DNA of 64,000 nucleotides, taken from NCBI RefSeq assembly GCF_006345805.1, contig NC_042999.1:97464001-97528000 (forward strand), written 5' to 3'. The DNA is from Octopus sinensis (lineage: Eukaryota). Under the pieces are notes generated by a model. It was not told the DNA's origin. It worked only from the letters and a program-made list of their open reading frames with translations, and ran no database searches. The position numbers were made by a program, and so were the translations under genes. Positions 27,627 through 41,880 of this stretch are shown here, piece after piece. Position 1 is the first letter of the stretch; every line of letters starts with the position of its first letter.

Positions 27627-29249
27627 CTGAGACAACTCTTTTACCCAGTAATAATCTGAAATACTCTACCAAATTACATCACAGTAGAATGCTCTTGAAT
27701 TGATTATATTTGTTATGAAAAATCAATAAAATGGTTGAACATTATAGTCTCCTCTTCTGTTATTAGTCATACTAAAATATTCAGTAGGACTTATTCTTCC
27801 TGGAGAACAATAACTTTTTTTCTCTCCTAATTCTATAACAACAACATACAGAATTCTAAACCAAAGAATGTTGAATGAGAAGTGGTAAACACCATTGTTT
27901 TGAGTGCTTAATCATATAAGAGGAATAAAAAGAGTCTCCTTATATCAATGTAAAATTTTGTGGCCCTTCAACAAAAATGGTGGATGGCAGACTTGATGGG
28001 GCTCTGGACAAAATGCATTGTACTATTCAGTTGTATCTTTTATGTTTTGAGTTAAAATCCTGTCATGGTCAACTTTGTCTTTCATCCTTTCAAGGTCAGG
28101 AAAGTAAATTACGGTCAAGAATGGTGGGGGCAAATAAAGAGACAACATTCTTTGCCCCAAATATGAAGCTTCATGCCAAAGATATGTCTCATAAAGTATA
28201 CAATTCCCACCCTTAAAAATATACATCTTTCAAGGTTCTAGTTTGTGAATGTATGGCCAATGCTGGTTTCTGGTCATGTATATAAAGATGTGAAATACAC
28301 ACACACACATGCATCCCAGATAAATACTTACAACATCCTAATTATGCTAGGCTTAAATTCTATGATTGGTTATCATAGGAATCCTTATTTGTTTCATTTG
28401 TAGACACCAGCACAAACACTGCCATTATAAACCTCACCCTCACCACTGCTACTAATACCATCAATACCATTAATAACATCACCACCATAACCACCACCAC
28501 TGCCTCCAATACAAACACCGTTATTAATAACGTCATTACTACACTCTAACACCATCACCACCACAACCACTTTCATCACCCTTCCCAGAAAAAATATTAC
28601 CACCACTACTTCCACTAATACCAACACCACTTTTAATACCCTACCACCACAACCAACATTACAACCATCATCAACATCACTACTACCACCTTTGTGACCA
28701 ACAATACCAATATCAATGACATTACCAATATCAAAAGACAGTAAGACAGTTTCTATGCAGTGCTTGATCTACTGGAAATTGCAACAAAATTTCCCACAAT
28801 CCACACACTACTATCTTTAAAATAGGACATATTAAATACTGTTGTCTTAGATACACAATTTCTGAGAAAAAAAGATGGGATAGTCAAGGCTGGAATGACT
28901 TTGATCAAAGGTCTGTTCAGTCAAGATTCATCTAGGGTTAAATAGTAACATCATCATCCAGCAAGACCATTGCCACTACTATTGCAGCTACCTTGACAGC
29001 AGTAGTAGCAGTGGTAGTGTTACTGGCAGTAGGGGTTACTCAATAACAACAACAACATCAACCTTTTCTGAATCATTTCACACAATGCGACTGCTGTTCA
29101 ATGCAAAGCTGCAGTTGTGTGTATCTAATTCTTCTTTCTCTCCATATGGTTAGTTTTCTCATCAAACATAAGTTTGCCAACAAAAGGCTTTTCTCCCTTT
29201 GAAAAATGTACACTGTATGAATCACATGCCAACCAGTAATGGTCCTTAC

Positions 29250-29318
29250 ATTGCTGTGGTACAACATTGGTTTCTGAGTGGAAACAGGGAGTTTATAGCA
29301 GAGACGACCACTGGCCAC
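29250..29318 (-). CDS. Gene A exon (VASGRLCYKLPVSTQKPMLYHSN)
   Basis: Acceptor cacctctgtacccatcccctcAG, donor AAT/GTAAGG, 69 nt, phase 0 to 0, fitting both neighbours. A second frame is also open. Confidence 0.55.
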
Positions 29319-30055
29319 CTGAGGGGATGGGTACAGAGGTGAGATTGCCAAGTATATTAAATATTAAACTACCTATTCATAGTTCATGAGTTCAAATCCA
29401 CTATTGGAGTTTCATTGTTTCTCAATAGAACATTTTATTCTACATATATCAATTTATCTAGGAATAGACAAGCACCCTATCCAGGAAAGATTTGGCTCTC
29501 ACCCATAAAATATCATGAGTCTAGAGAAAAGGGTAGCAGTAGTAGTGGTTATATCTTCTTTTTAACCCCAGGTCAGCTCTGACTGAGCAGATCTATGAGG
29601 AGATACATTTCAAATATAACCATTCCATCCTTCTCTTGGGCATTAAGTATCTGGAACTACATTAACCAATATCCTCTTATATTTTAAAGACATAAAGGTA
29701 TCATTTTAAAGAAATCTAGCTGCTTTTTCCAGCAGATCGTCAAGCAACCATATAAAAGCTCCAGCTGTTGTTATTGTTTAACCTCAGTAAACCCTGAGTG
29801 AGCAGGCATATGTTAAAAGGCATTCCAATTGTGACCAGCTCGTTTTTTGGCCTACAAGTAAGAAACCCAAGATTATATTATACAGTGTGTCCTTTTCTAA
29901 GATGGTGGATTTGATTTAAAGAATACTTAACATTTATTTTTAGATGGTTAAGTGACCCATATACTGGCTCCAATGAAGAATGGGTATGGTCAAGTTGTTA
30001 AGAACTTCACTATGCAATCAGAAAGTACCAGGTTTGATGTCACGTATGACATCTT

Positions 30056-30086
<31 letters not shown>

Positions 30087-33000
30087 GATTCAGATGAATA
30101 TAGTACTTAAATTGAGGCACCAGAATTTAGTACAGTATTATCCATACAATTGCAAAGGTGATTAAAAAATATATATAATATATATTAAAATATATATTTA
30201 AAAAAATATATATATATATATATTTGTATATTTTTATTAATATTTAGCAGAAGCAAGAAAGTGATTCAAGGTTCAAGAGTTTCGTGTGTTGGCACTTATC
30301 AACACACACACATACATATATATCTGCATGTGTGTTTAGCATCACCTTGTCATGATTGTTGTAAACAAGCATCACCATCATACAAGTGATGTCTTTCATA
30401 TCCAGTCTTATGTGAAAATATGCCTGGTTTCTAACCAAGTGGAAATATCAATTTACTTAGATAAAAGTGAGTGTTGGCAACAGGAAGGTCATCCAGCAAT
30501 AGAAAATGTGCCTTACTGAATTTCATCTGACCCATGCAAGCTTGGAAAGTCAGATGTTAAAGTGATGATGATTACATCTCAGTTTGGCCAAAACCATTTA
30601 AGTTAAACTGGATAAAAGGAAACAGTATGGAAACGTAATTGATGGTGTGTTTATATAATCCCAAATACCGGCTAAGTCATACATTGACCCATGCTGATTC
30701 TGGATGAGGACTATATTAACCCTTTAGCATTCAGATTACTCTGTCAAATGTAATACTTATAATTTATTCACAGTGTTTTGAATTAACTGTTGTGGCCGTT
30801 GCCAGCCTCCCCTGGCACCTGTGCTGGTGGCACGTAAAAAGTATCCACTACACTCAGGGAGTGGTTGGCGTTAGGAAGGGCATCTAGCTGTAGAAACACT
30901 GCCAGATCAGACTGGAGCCTGTTGCAGCCTCCTGGCTTCCCAGACCCCGGTCAAACTGTCCAGCCTATGCTAGCATGGAAAACGGACATTAAACAATGAT
31001 GATGATGATGATATTTAGCATTTGAACTGACCATATCAAGTCTAAATATTCTACTTGACTCATGATCAAACCAGCCAGATCTGGCCTCTCACACCTACCC
31101 TATAATGTCAGCCTCATAATAAACACTCACATCATTGAAACCTTGAAGCTATAAGATAACACATAATTAATTCTAAAACCTTGTGAATAAGTAAGCATTA
31201 AATTTGACCAAGTAATCTGAACAATAAAGGGTTAAACAGGTGTTATCTTATAGCTTCAAGATTTCAATGTTGTAATTGTTTATTTTTAGAATAGCATTGT
31301 AGGGCAGGTGTGAGAGGCCAGATCTGGCCAGTTTGAAGATAAAACAGGTAGAACATTTGGGCTAGATATGGCCAGTTTAAATGCTAAAGTGTTAAGGGTA
31401 CACAAGTATATGAAATACTCAACCACTTTTATGCTAATTTAGTGTGTAGGTAGTCCAGTTGATTAAACAACTCTAATACACATCATTCAAACAAAGGATC
31501 CACATACTGCACTGTTTTATGGTAAATATGTGCTTGTGTGTGTGTGTGTGTGTGCACTTGCACGTGTGCTGAAGGTGTTATTTCTTCCATACAGGAAGTG
31601 TTTTTGATATTGAAATTGTAAAGTTATTGAAACAGTCAGAGAGGAAGGAGTGGTAGCAGTGGTTTTGGTGGTGGTGATTGTTGTTGTTGTTGGAAGTAAT
31701 GGTAACGCTATCAGTTCCTGCTACAACAATACTAATCAATACATCCTATATAGAATATATTTAGAGTTGTTGAATCAGTCAGAATTACTTTTGGAAAAAA
31801 GGAAAAAAAGTGTCTGAAATGGAATTAATGGATCAAAGTGAAATTGATTTATTTATAGTGTGTGGTGGTGGATACGGTGGTGGTGCTACCTGGTGGTAGT
31901 GGTGGTGGTGGTGGCCAGTGTGGTGATCATGGAGGTAGTGGTGGTAGCATAAGCAGAGGTGATTGTTAAGGCAGCAAGCTGGCAGAAACATTAGTACGCC
32001 AGGTGAAATGTTTAGTGGTATTTTGTCTGTCTTTACGTTCTGAGTTCAAATTCTGCCAAGGTCGACTTTGCCTTTCATCCTTTCGGGGTCGATAAATTAA
32101 GTACCAGTTGCGTACTGGAGTCAATTTAATCGACCATCCCCTTCCCCCAAAATTTCGAGACTTGTGCCTAGAGTAGAAAAGAATATGAGTGATTGTGGTG
32201 GTAGTAGAGACAACAGCTATGGTAGTGATGGTGGTGTTAGTGGCGATGGTGATGGTCTTGTTGTTGTTGTTGTTGTTGGTATTGGTGGTGGTGGTGGTGG
32301 TGTTAATATTAGCTGTGGCAATGATGACAATAGTAGTAATAGTTGTGATGGTATAAGGGATGATAGGGACAAAAATATAATGAACAACAAGTGGTGGTGA
32401 TGGTGGTGATGGTGGTGGTGGTGGTGGTGGTGGTGGTGGTGGTAGGAGGGGTTTGTTTAGGGGTAGATGAGTAGGGGGATATGTAAAGAGTAATGGTTAA
32501 TTGTGGTTTGGGCTGCTGGATGGGCAAGTGAATGAAAAGTGATGGTTAAAGTTTTAGAGTAGAGGAGAAAATAGGTAGGTGAGGTTGGGTAGATGAGTAA
32601 ACGCAAGGTGAGAAATTATACAAGCAAGGAAAAGGTGTTGCTCAGGTAAGGGTGAGATGCCTATTTTTATGGGGTTTTTTGTTTTGCATTGTTTTGTTTT
32701 TGTTTTTTGCTTTTTTTTGCAGTCAAATTATTCAAATGGAACAAAAAATACAAGAAACCCCTGAGAATAAAAACAATATATTTAACAAATAAAGAAATGA
32801 AAAACATAAAATTTTATTCTGTTTATTGTTAGCTTTGTGCACTTTATTGCGCTTTATTGTGGTCTATTGTGGTTTATTGAAACATTCTCCATGTGAAAAC
32901 AGAATTGCTTTGTTGCTTTTCTTCTTCTCTCAGGTAATTATGCTTCAGGTGCAATTCGTCATACTTTACATCATCATCATCATCATCATTAACCTCATCT

Positions 33001-33733
33001 TTACCACCACCAACACTACCATCATCATCACCACTACTATCAGTTCCAGCACCCCCACTCCCACCACCATTACCATCATTATCATTGTCATCATTTTCAT
33101 TATTAGTATCATCATCATCATCATCATCATCATCATTATCATCATCATCATCATCTCATTGTCTAGTCATTGCTTTTATTATATTCATTGTTTTCAATCA
33201 TAACCACAACCATAACCATTACTTTCATCATCACCAAAACTATCTTTTTTAATCATTGCTTACCACTACTCTCTTCATCATGAGGGTGGCAGTGGTGATA
33301 TCTTTCACCATAATCCTCATTACTTCCACTGAAGTTGACATCATTGCCACTCTGATCATATCATTATTCTCAAAATCATCATTACTTTCACCATTATTAG
33401 ACTCCTAATTCTCCATATTATCATCATCATCATCCATTATCATCATCGTTGTTGTCGTCATCATCATCATCATCATCACCATCATCATCATCGTTATTGT
33501 TATTGTCAATGTCATCATTGTTGTCGTCATCATTATTGTCATCATCATCATCATCATCATCATCTCAATCAATCAATTACCATTGATAATGATCATTGAA
33601 GTGCAGTAGGGGAATTCACAATAATAAGTGCTCATGGTACAGTTTCAGTATTGAGTAGGCAGAGAAACAAAGCATCATACATGCCTTTTGTTGCTCCAAC
33701 AAGTCATTTATAGATTTCATCAATTGCACTCAC

Positions 33734-33856
33734 AGTTGTGCCATATATGCTCGTGGTCTTAAACATGATGAGTTCAAACTCATGGCACATCACCACTTGA
33801 TCATATTTAATAGTTTTGCATTGTTCTACCAGTGTTACAGAGCTAGAATCTTCAGT
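33734..33856 (-). CDS. Gene A exon (TEDSSSVTLVEQCKTIKYDQVVMCHEFELIMFKTTSIYGTT)
   Basis: Acceptor attacacccttttAG, donor ACT/GTGAGT, 123 nt. Only frame 0 is open. Confidence 0.75.
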
Positions 33857-33960
33857 CTAAAAGGGTGTAATATGTGTTTGCACAAATGTATCCACCACAG
33901 TAATATCCCATACAAGACCTCAACCCCATTGCCAAGGAATTCAAAATAAACTGTCTAGCA

Positions 33961-34301
33961 CAGTTTTTCTCAATCAACATTCATATGACCACTTGGGGTC
34001 CATGTAAGACTTCTGGGGTCCACACAAGCATAGTAGTAAACTAGGGATCTACAGTAGTTCATTAAGGGTCCATGAAAATATTTTGCTTTAAATGTATTTT
34101 TTGCAAGAAACATCTAGGTTTTTTTCTGAAACATTATACATTGTTCAACTTACACAAGTTAATGTGTGGAAAACAAAATAGGAATTTTTAAAGAAGTTCT
34201 TGTATAAAACTAGTTTTAAAACTTTGAATGGTTATAGAGGTCTACCAGAATAGAATAGTAGTCAAAGGCATCCATAGGCAAAAAGTAGTTGAGAACTACT
34301 G
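33961..34301. mobile_element. hAT-like MITE (related elements at 43658-43907 and ~46501-46812)
   Basis: Termini CAGTTTTTCTCAA...GTTGAGAACTACTG. At 43658 the termini are CAGTGGTTCTC...GAACCACTG. 8-bp TSDs are not preserved. Confidence 0.65.
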
Positions 34302-34849
34302 GCCTTGTCTTACCCTCTCTTACTAACACATCCTTTTATAGCTTCTTCTATAGGTATAAAATGTGTTATATATTCGTTTATTTGGATCAGTGTCTTCATC
34401 TTGATTCATCATCATCATCATCATCGTTTAACATCCACTTTCCATGCTAGCATGGGTTGGACGATTTGACTGAGGTCTGACGAACCAGATGGCTGCACCA
34501 GACTCCAATCTGATTTGGTAGAGTTTCTTCAGCTGGATGCCCTTCCTAATGCCAAAATTATTATAGTTACAATATTTCATCTGCCGTAACTTCCAGCCTT
34601 CTTCAGGTACCTGTTGTCATCATAATCACTGTCATTGTCATTGTTGTCATCATCATCTTTGTTGTCATCATCATTTAACATGCACTTTTTCATGCTTGTA
34701 TGGGTCAGACATAATTTGTTGAAGGAGATTTTCCGCAGTTGTATGTCCTTCCTGTTGCCAACCATTACCTGTTTCCAAGCAAGTTAACATTTTTTCATAG
34801 CTAGCCATGTTTTTCACTAAAGACAGGAAACAAGGATACACACAAATAC

Positions 34850-34914
<65 letters not shown>

Positions 34915-35514
34915 TACATACATGTGTGCATGCATGTGTGTGTGCTTGCATGTGTGTGTGCATGCATGTGTGTGTGTGCATGTGTATGCACATGTTTGAT
35001 AGGCCTCTTTTAGTTTCCATAAACCATATCCACTCATATGGCTTTGGTGCTGCACAGTAAGACTGAACCCAAGATCACATGATTGGGAGGCAAGCTTCTC
35101 AATCACCCAGCCACACCTGCACTTTTATTAAAACTATAGTTGGTGGATTGTTCCCATTCCATTTGTGATTTTCATATTTGTGATGCTGTTTGTTTGTATA
35201 GCTTAAACTAGTATATATATATCATATATATACCAGCATCGCCTTACTGGCACATGAAAAACATTCGAGTGGGGTCATTGCCAGTGCCGCTGGACTAGCT
35301 CCTGTGCAGGTGGCATGTAAAAAGCACCCACTACACTCACAGAGTGGTTGGCGTTAGGAAGGGCATCCAGCTGTAGAAACACTACCAGATCAGACTGGGC
35401 GTGATGCAGCCTTCTGGCTTCCCAGACTCCAGTTGAACCGTCCAACCCATGCTAGCATGGAAAGCAGATGCTAAATGATGATGATGATGATGATGATATA
35501 TACACATATATATA

Positions 35515-35563
<49 letters not shown>

Positions 35564-35564
<1 letters not shown>

Positions 35565-37764
35565 CCACCATTATAGGTGTCTACTCTTTGAACCCCCCTC
35601 TTCAATACGCTATTTCACCATGCATTACCCCTCTCTCGATATCCTACGTTCTACTTGCCTAGAACCTGTCCTCTGAACCACCCCTCCCACTGGTGCTCCC
35701 CTATATTTCTGCACCCCCCCCCCCACCACCATTATAGGTGTCTACTCTTTGAACCCCCCTCTTCAATACGCTATTTCACCATGCATTACCCCTCTCTCGA
35801 TATCCTACGTTCTACTTGCCTAGAACCTGTCCTCTGAACCACCCCTCCCACTGGTGCTCCCCTATATTTCTGCACCCCCCCCACCACCATTATAGGTGTC
35901 TACTCTTTGAACCCCCCTCTTCAATACGCTATTTCACCATGCATTACCCCTCTATCGATATCCTACGTTCTACTTGCCTAGAACCTGTCCTCTGAACCAC
36001 CCCTCCCACTGGTGCTCCCCTATATTCTGCACCCCCCACCACCATTATAGGTGTCTACTCTTTGAACCCCCTCTTCAATACGCTATTTCACCATGCATTA
36101 CCCCTCTCTCGATATCCTACGTTCTACTTGCCTAGAACCTGTCCTCTGAACCACCCCTCCCACTGGTGCTCCCCTATATTTCTGCACCCCCCCCACCACC
36201 ATTATAGGTGTCTACTCTTTGAACCCCCCTCTTCAATACGCTATTTCACCATGCATTACCCCTCTCTCGATATCCTACGTTCTACTTGCCTAGAACCTGT
36301 CCTCTGAACCACCCCTCCCACTGGTGCTCCCCTATATTTCTGCACCCCCCCCACCACCATTATAGGTGTCTACTCTTTGAACCCCCTCTTCAATACGCTA
36401 TTTCACCATGCATTACCCCTCTCTCGATATCCTATGTTCTACTTGCCTAGAACCTGTCCTCTGAACCACCCCTCCCACTGGTGCTCCCCTATATTTCTGC
36501 ACCCCCCCCACCACCATTATAGGTGTCTACTCTTTGAACCCCCCTCTTCAATACGCTATTTCACCATGCATACCCCTCTCTCGATATCCTACGTTCTACT
36601 TGCCTAGAACCTGTCCTCTGAACCACCCCTCCCACTGGTGCTCCCCTATATTCTGCACCCCCCCCACCATTATAGGTGTCTACTCTTTGAACCCCCCTCT
36701 TCAATACGCTATTTCACCATGCATTACCCCTCTCTCGATATCCTACGTTCTACTTGCCTAGAACCTGTCCTCTGAACCACCCCTCCCACTGGTGCTCCCC
36801 TATATTCTGCACCCCCCCCACCACAATTATAGGTGTCTACTCTTTGAACCCCCTCTTCAATACGCTATTTCACCATGCATTACCCCTCTCTCGATATCCT
36901 ACGTTCTACTTGCCTAGAACCTGTCCTCTGAACCACCCCTCCCACTGGTGCTCCCCTATATTTCTGCACCCCCCCCCACCACAATTATAGGTGTCTACTC
37001 TTTGAACACCCCTCTTCAATACGCTATTTCACCATGCATTACCCCTCTCTCGATATCCTACGTTCTACTTGCCTAGAACTGTCCTCTGAACCACCCCTCC
37101 CACTGGTGCTCCCCTATATTTCTGCACCCCCCCCACCAACATTATAGGTGTCTACTCTTTGAACCCCCCTCTTCAATACGCTATTTCACCATGCATTACC
37201 CCTCTCTCGATATCCTACGTTCTACTTGCCTAGAACGTGTCCTCTGAACCACCCCTCCCACTGGTGCTCCCCTATATTTCTGCACCCCCCCCACCACCAT
37301 TATAGGTGTCTACTCTTTGAACCCCCCTCTTCAATACGCTATTTCACCATGCATTACCCCTCTCTCGATATCCTACGTTCTACTTGCCTAGAACCTGTCC
37401 TCTGAACCACCCCTCCCACTGGTGCTCCCCTATATTTCTGCACCCCCCCCACCACCATTATAGGTGTCTACTCTTTGAACCCCCCTCTTCAATACGCTAT
37501 TTCACCATGCATTACCCCTCTCTCAATATCCTACGTTCTACTTGCCTAGAACCTGTCCTCTGAACCACCCCTCCCACTGGTGCTCCCCTATATTCTGCAC
37601 CCCCCACCACCATTATAGGTGTCTACTCTTTGAACCCCCCTCTCAATACGCTATTTCACCATGCATTACCCCTCTCTCGATATCCTACGTTCTACTTGCC
37701 TAGTACCTGTCCTCTGAACCACCCCTCCCACTGGTGCTCCCCTATATTTCTGCACCACCCCCCC
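35564..37764. repeat. Tandem satellite, 14 copies of a ~157-bp unit
   Basis: TTATAGGTGTC recurs at 35571, 35732, 35890, 36045, 36202, 36360, 36517, 36670, 36827, 36985, 37142, 37300, 37458 and 37613. Variation is mainly in poly-C length. Confidence 0.98.
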
Positions 37765-38012
37765 ATAAAAAAAGCACCATCCGAACGTGGCCGATGCCAG
37801 ACCCCTCTGGTACCTGTGCAGGTGGCACGTAAAAAACACCCACTACACTCGCGGAGTGGTTGGCGTTAGGAAGGGCATCCAGCTGTAGAAACACTGCCAG
37901 ACTAGACTGGAGCCTGGGGCAGTCCCGAGCTCCCCAGACCCCGGTCGAAACCGTCCAACCCGTGCTAGCGCGGAAAACGGACGTTAAACGATGATGATGA
38001 TGATGATGATGA

Positions 38013-38055
<43 letters not shown>

Positions 38056-38444
38056 CATGTGTGTGTGTGTGTGTGTGTGTGTACGTGTACATGTACAGAA
38101 TTGCTGATCCAAAGGTTGAACTCCCACCTACCAGTTAAAATGCAATGCTTAACACAATGTTTATTTTCACTATTTCTTACCATAGTCTCTTAGGTGTTAG
38201 AAATAAGGAGCTTTAAATATAACATTTTTATTCTTTAGCCAATGACCATAGAAAATTATCTGCAACTTAAAAGTGGAGCTGAGTCATAGACTCAGTCTCT
38301 CTAGGAGCTCAATTTTACAGAATATCAATCACCATGTCTTTAAATAAATGTTGTTATTCATTAACTGGCTAAGTTTTCTAAATTTCGTAACATTTCTGAA
38401 CTGTTTATGCCTCCAATTTTTAATCCTATGCAAGAAAAGTTTAC

Positions 38445-38517
38445 CTTCCCATACATCAGGAAGTGATAAAGGTGTCTAACATTAGATATTGATTGCTTCT
38501 GACTTGGCACAAAGCCA
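38445..38517 (-). CDS. Gene A exon (xGFVPSQKQSISNVRHLYHFLMYGK)
   Basis: Acceptor acctttttctcatcaaaacAG, donor AAG/GTAAAC, 73 nt. Only one frame is open; phase 2 to 0 fits both neighbours. Confidence 0.75.
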
Positions 38518-38631
38518 CTGTTTTGATGAGAAAAAGGTACATCTTTGCTTATCTTTTATTCATAAACACAAGATTCATTTAGTATTTTCACAGTATGTAA
38601 AAAGTCCATTCAAGTGGAAAGTCATGCTTAC

Positions 38632-38689
38632 CTTGACCAAACAGATCGATGGATACGCACCGGTATCACGGTGATTTTCTGGTTATAAC
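38632..38689 (-). CDS. Gene A exon (xYNQKITVIPVRIHRSVWSx)
   Basis: Acceptor cttattttatattcccattgtttctAG, donor AAG/GTAAGC, 58 nt. Only one frame is open; phase 1 to 2. Confidence 0.75.
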
Positions 38690-41368
38690 CTAGAAACAAT
38701 GGGAATATAAAATAAGTGGAAAGAAAAAGTGTATTAATAATGAAACAAAAAAAAAAACAACTAAAAGTAGCATAAATATAAACAACTAACTGACTAATGC
38801 AATTTTTATTATATTTTTCGGTATTGAGTAAAAAGGTACTTTCTACCTCAATCTTAATTTTCTAATTGGTTCCAAAATTGGCAAAGATAATAGCATACTT
38901 AATATAATGGAGACCGGTTTGTTCACTTCATAGATCTAAGTTCTAATCTCGATAGAGACCACTTTGTGGTTTACCTATTGTTTGTTAATAAATATTGTTG
39001 CTGTTGTTTTGAATGTCTAAATGTATGCAATGACTTGTTGATAAAATTATAATTATTTGGATTAATATCCTCCATTTTAGAAATGAAGAAAAGATGTTCA
39101 TGTTTACATCTACATAGCATTTCAATCAGTTTGATTTCTATTCATCATTGGGTATCATATTCCTAATTGTGTACATAGAATAAGATAGGATTTGAACTAG
39201 AAGCATTTCTGTGTAAACCAACGGTAGTGTACATTTATCAATAGCTTTATGAATAAGAATGTTAATTGTCCTCAGGTTAGAAATAAAAGTTTGGATTGAG
39301 TTTAGTACTATGTAGACATCCAAGAATAAGACACTTGATGACGAGCTGAGATTAAATTGTTATAGATTAATTGGCCAAAGAATTTTAATATTATTGCTTT
39401 TTACTGCTTTGGCATAGTCATTGCTTTTTCGTGGGGTAAGGGATAAAGGACAATTGCCACTTGCATCCCAATGTAAAAAAATTGAGTAAATCACTAATTG
39501 GCAATTATTTATGTTTTACCACAGGCATTATAATATACCTGTGTCCAAGACCTAAATCCTAATCACCAAGCCTTTATATTTAGAGTGAAAGAAGGAAAGA
39601 TATTCCAGAATGATACTATCCATAAAATACTGTTCTTGAATACAGAATAGATAGAGAAATATAACTGAGTAGCAATTAGAGGTAGTATTTTTATTCAAAG
39701 CTCATGAGCTGGCCTTAATGATTTATGCTAATAAGCAGGCAAGTTTGAAAAGACAATATTCAGGGTAGTTACAATGAGACAGAGATATAAAACAAGAACC
39801 TTGAATAGGATATGGCAATTTAGAGGAAAGTGGAAAGTTTATTAGTCAGTAAAAACACATTAATATTTAGCTTAAATTTGTGAAATTATTGGAAGAGAAA
39901 TTGTTCATCTGTGAAAAGATGATATGATTTATGTACCTGAACCTAACAGTCGTGACTAAGAACAGTGTTACTCTTCAGGAGATGTGGTATGAAAATCGAA
40001 AAAGGCAAACATGTTTTAACTCTTTCATTAGAATATTTCTGTTAAACCACATTATCTTTGTCTCTATAAGTTTTGGAAATAACGATGAATTTATTGAAAT
40101 AACTTCGTCATTATTAAGTTGATGCTTGGAAGATAAATTAAGAAGTTTTGGGGGAAGGTCACAATTTAGATAACTTTAAAATAGGAAGTTTGTATAATAG
40201 AATTAGGGGTAGTTTCAAGCAGGTTGCTATCAAAAGCGTTAAACTTTTTAAACTTATTCAATACTATGAAGGAATCTATGGATGCAAACTCTCTTTGTCT
40301 TCTCATTAATAAAGGAGTTGGGGGCAAAAACTTCCTAAACCCTTTAGCATTCAGCTTTCTCAGTCGAATGTAATGCTAATTTATTCACATTGATTTGAAT
40401 TGGTCATGCATTACTTTGCAGCTTTGAAATTTCAATGATATGATTGTTTATTTTCAGAATAATATTTTAAAATAATATGTTAGGGTAAGTGTGAGAGGCC
40501 GGATCTGGTCAGTTTGAAGATAAAACAGGTAGAATATTTTGGCTGGATATGGTTGATTTAAATGTCAAAGGTTTATATTTGATGAGTGAGCTGTTGGCTT
40601 GATATTTGTCAATATTGAGGGCATGATTGAAAGATTGCTAATTCCTAGACAGTAGGACTCCACATTTTGAGAGAGGAAGGGTATTGTAAGTGCTGAAGAA
40701 ATAGCAAAACTATTACACATCTTTTTATTAGCTTGATCTAAAGTAAGAGAACATGTCCATAGCCTTTGCACCCTTCTCCCTGAGACAGGTGACATAAACA
40801 TAGTTAATATTTCATTTGATCATTAACTATGTTGATGACAATTGCAAGATGATAGTCACAAGATAACAGTTGCAAGAAAAATATGGGAATGATAAACTGT
40901 GAATGGATTGCGTTTGATAATATGAATAAAAATAGAGGCAGTCATAAGTTCTTAGATGTTAAGAGAGGTTAAATTGATTGAGTTAAATCCAGTATCAACT
41001 GATACTTTATCTTACTGATTCTAAAAGTTCCAAAAGTGAAGTTGACTTTAGCGAGATTTGAACTCAGAAGATGAAGGCTCATAACTAGATACCCTAAGGT
41101 AAACACACACAATATTGAATGACACATTGTGACAGATAAGAGAATCATGTAACCTACAACATTACCAGATGTACTAATACTAACATCTGTGGAAATAATC
41201 ATAACATTTATACCAAAGACATTGCTCTGGTGATGGAAATATCACAAATATATTCCAACATATTTCATTGAAGAAAGATTTACTAGTAGTAGTACTGGTG
41301 GTGGTGGCAGTGGTGGCAGCGATGTCACAAGCAGTGGCAGAAGAGCCAGCAGCAAAAGTAGCAGTAAC

Positions 41369-41470
<102 letters not shown>

Positions 41471-41642
41471 TGTTGTTTAGATCTCAGGTCTGCCCTAATC
41501 AAGCAGACGAATGATCAGAGGTATCCCAACCATGACCAACATGTCTTATCTTGTATCTGTGTCCTTATACATACATACATAGATACATAGATACATACAT
41601 ACATACATACATACATACATACATACATACATACAGGCATAC

Positions 41643-41686
<44 letters not shown>

Positions 41687-41699
41687 CCGCTTATGTATC

Positions 41700-41880
41700 G
41701 TTGGGGATTTTCTTTCTCCGTTTTCCCTTCTTTGAACTTTTTCTATATTTCTGATGAAGAGCTTCACTCGAAACATGAAATCCTCTTTCTTTTCTTTCCT
41801 TTCCTGAGCATCCAATAACACTGTACTTATTCCACGTCCTCACATTGTTTTTTCTTGCTTGTTCATGTTTGGGTTGACTA
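41700..41880 (+). mobile_element. Penelope-like terminal-repeat fragment with a degenerate minimal hammerhead motif (second copy ~57930-58110, minus)
   Basis: ATTT-CTGATGA-A-GAG-CTTCA-CTC-GAAAC-ATG-AAAT at 41747-41781. The two copies align over ~170 bp and both sit in TA tracts. The Penelope assignment is by motif analogy. Confidence 0.55.

Noticed and set aside
35564-37764. Satellite as a retrozyme-like ribozyme array (UUGAAGA and GAAA on the minus strand; GUGGGAGGG twister-like text)
   Set aside because: There is no CUGANGA, no stem II or stem I pairing, and no twister pseudoknot partners. It is also not a CRISPR array, as it has no unique spacers.
39138-40801. Three 65-78-codon minus-strand open frames (39138-39345, 39973-40170, 40565-40790)
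   Set aside because: Each ends in a stop without a good donor, they are separated by a MITE, and they do not fit the exon chain.
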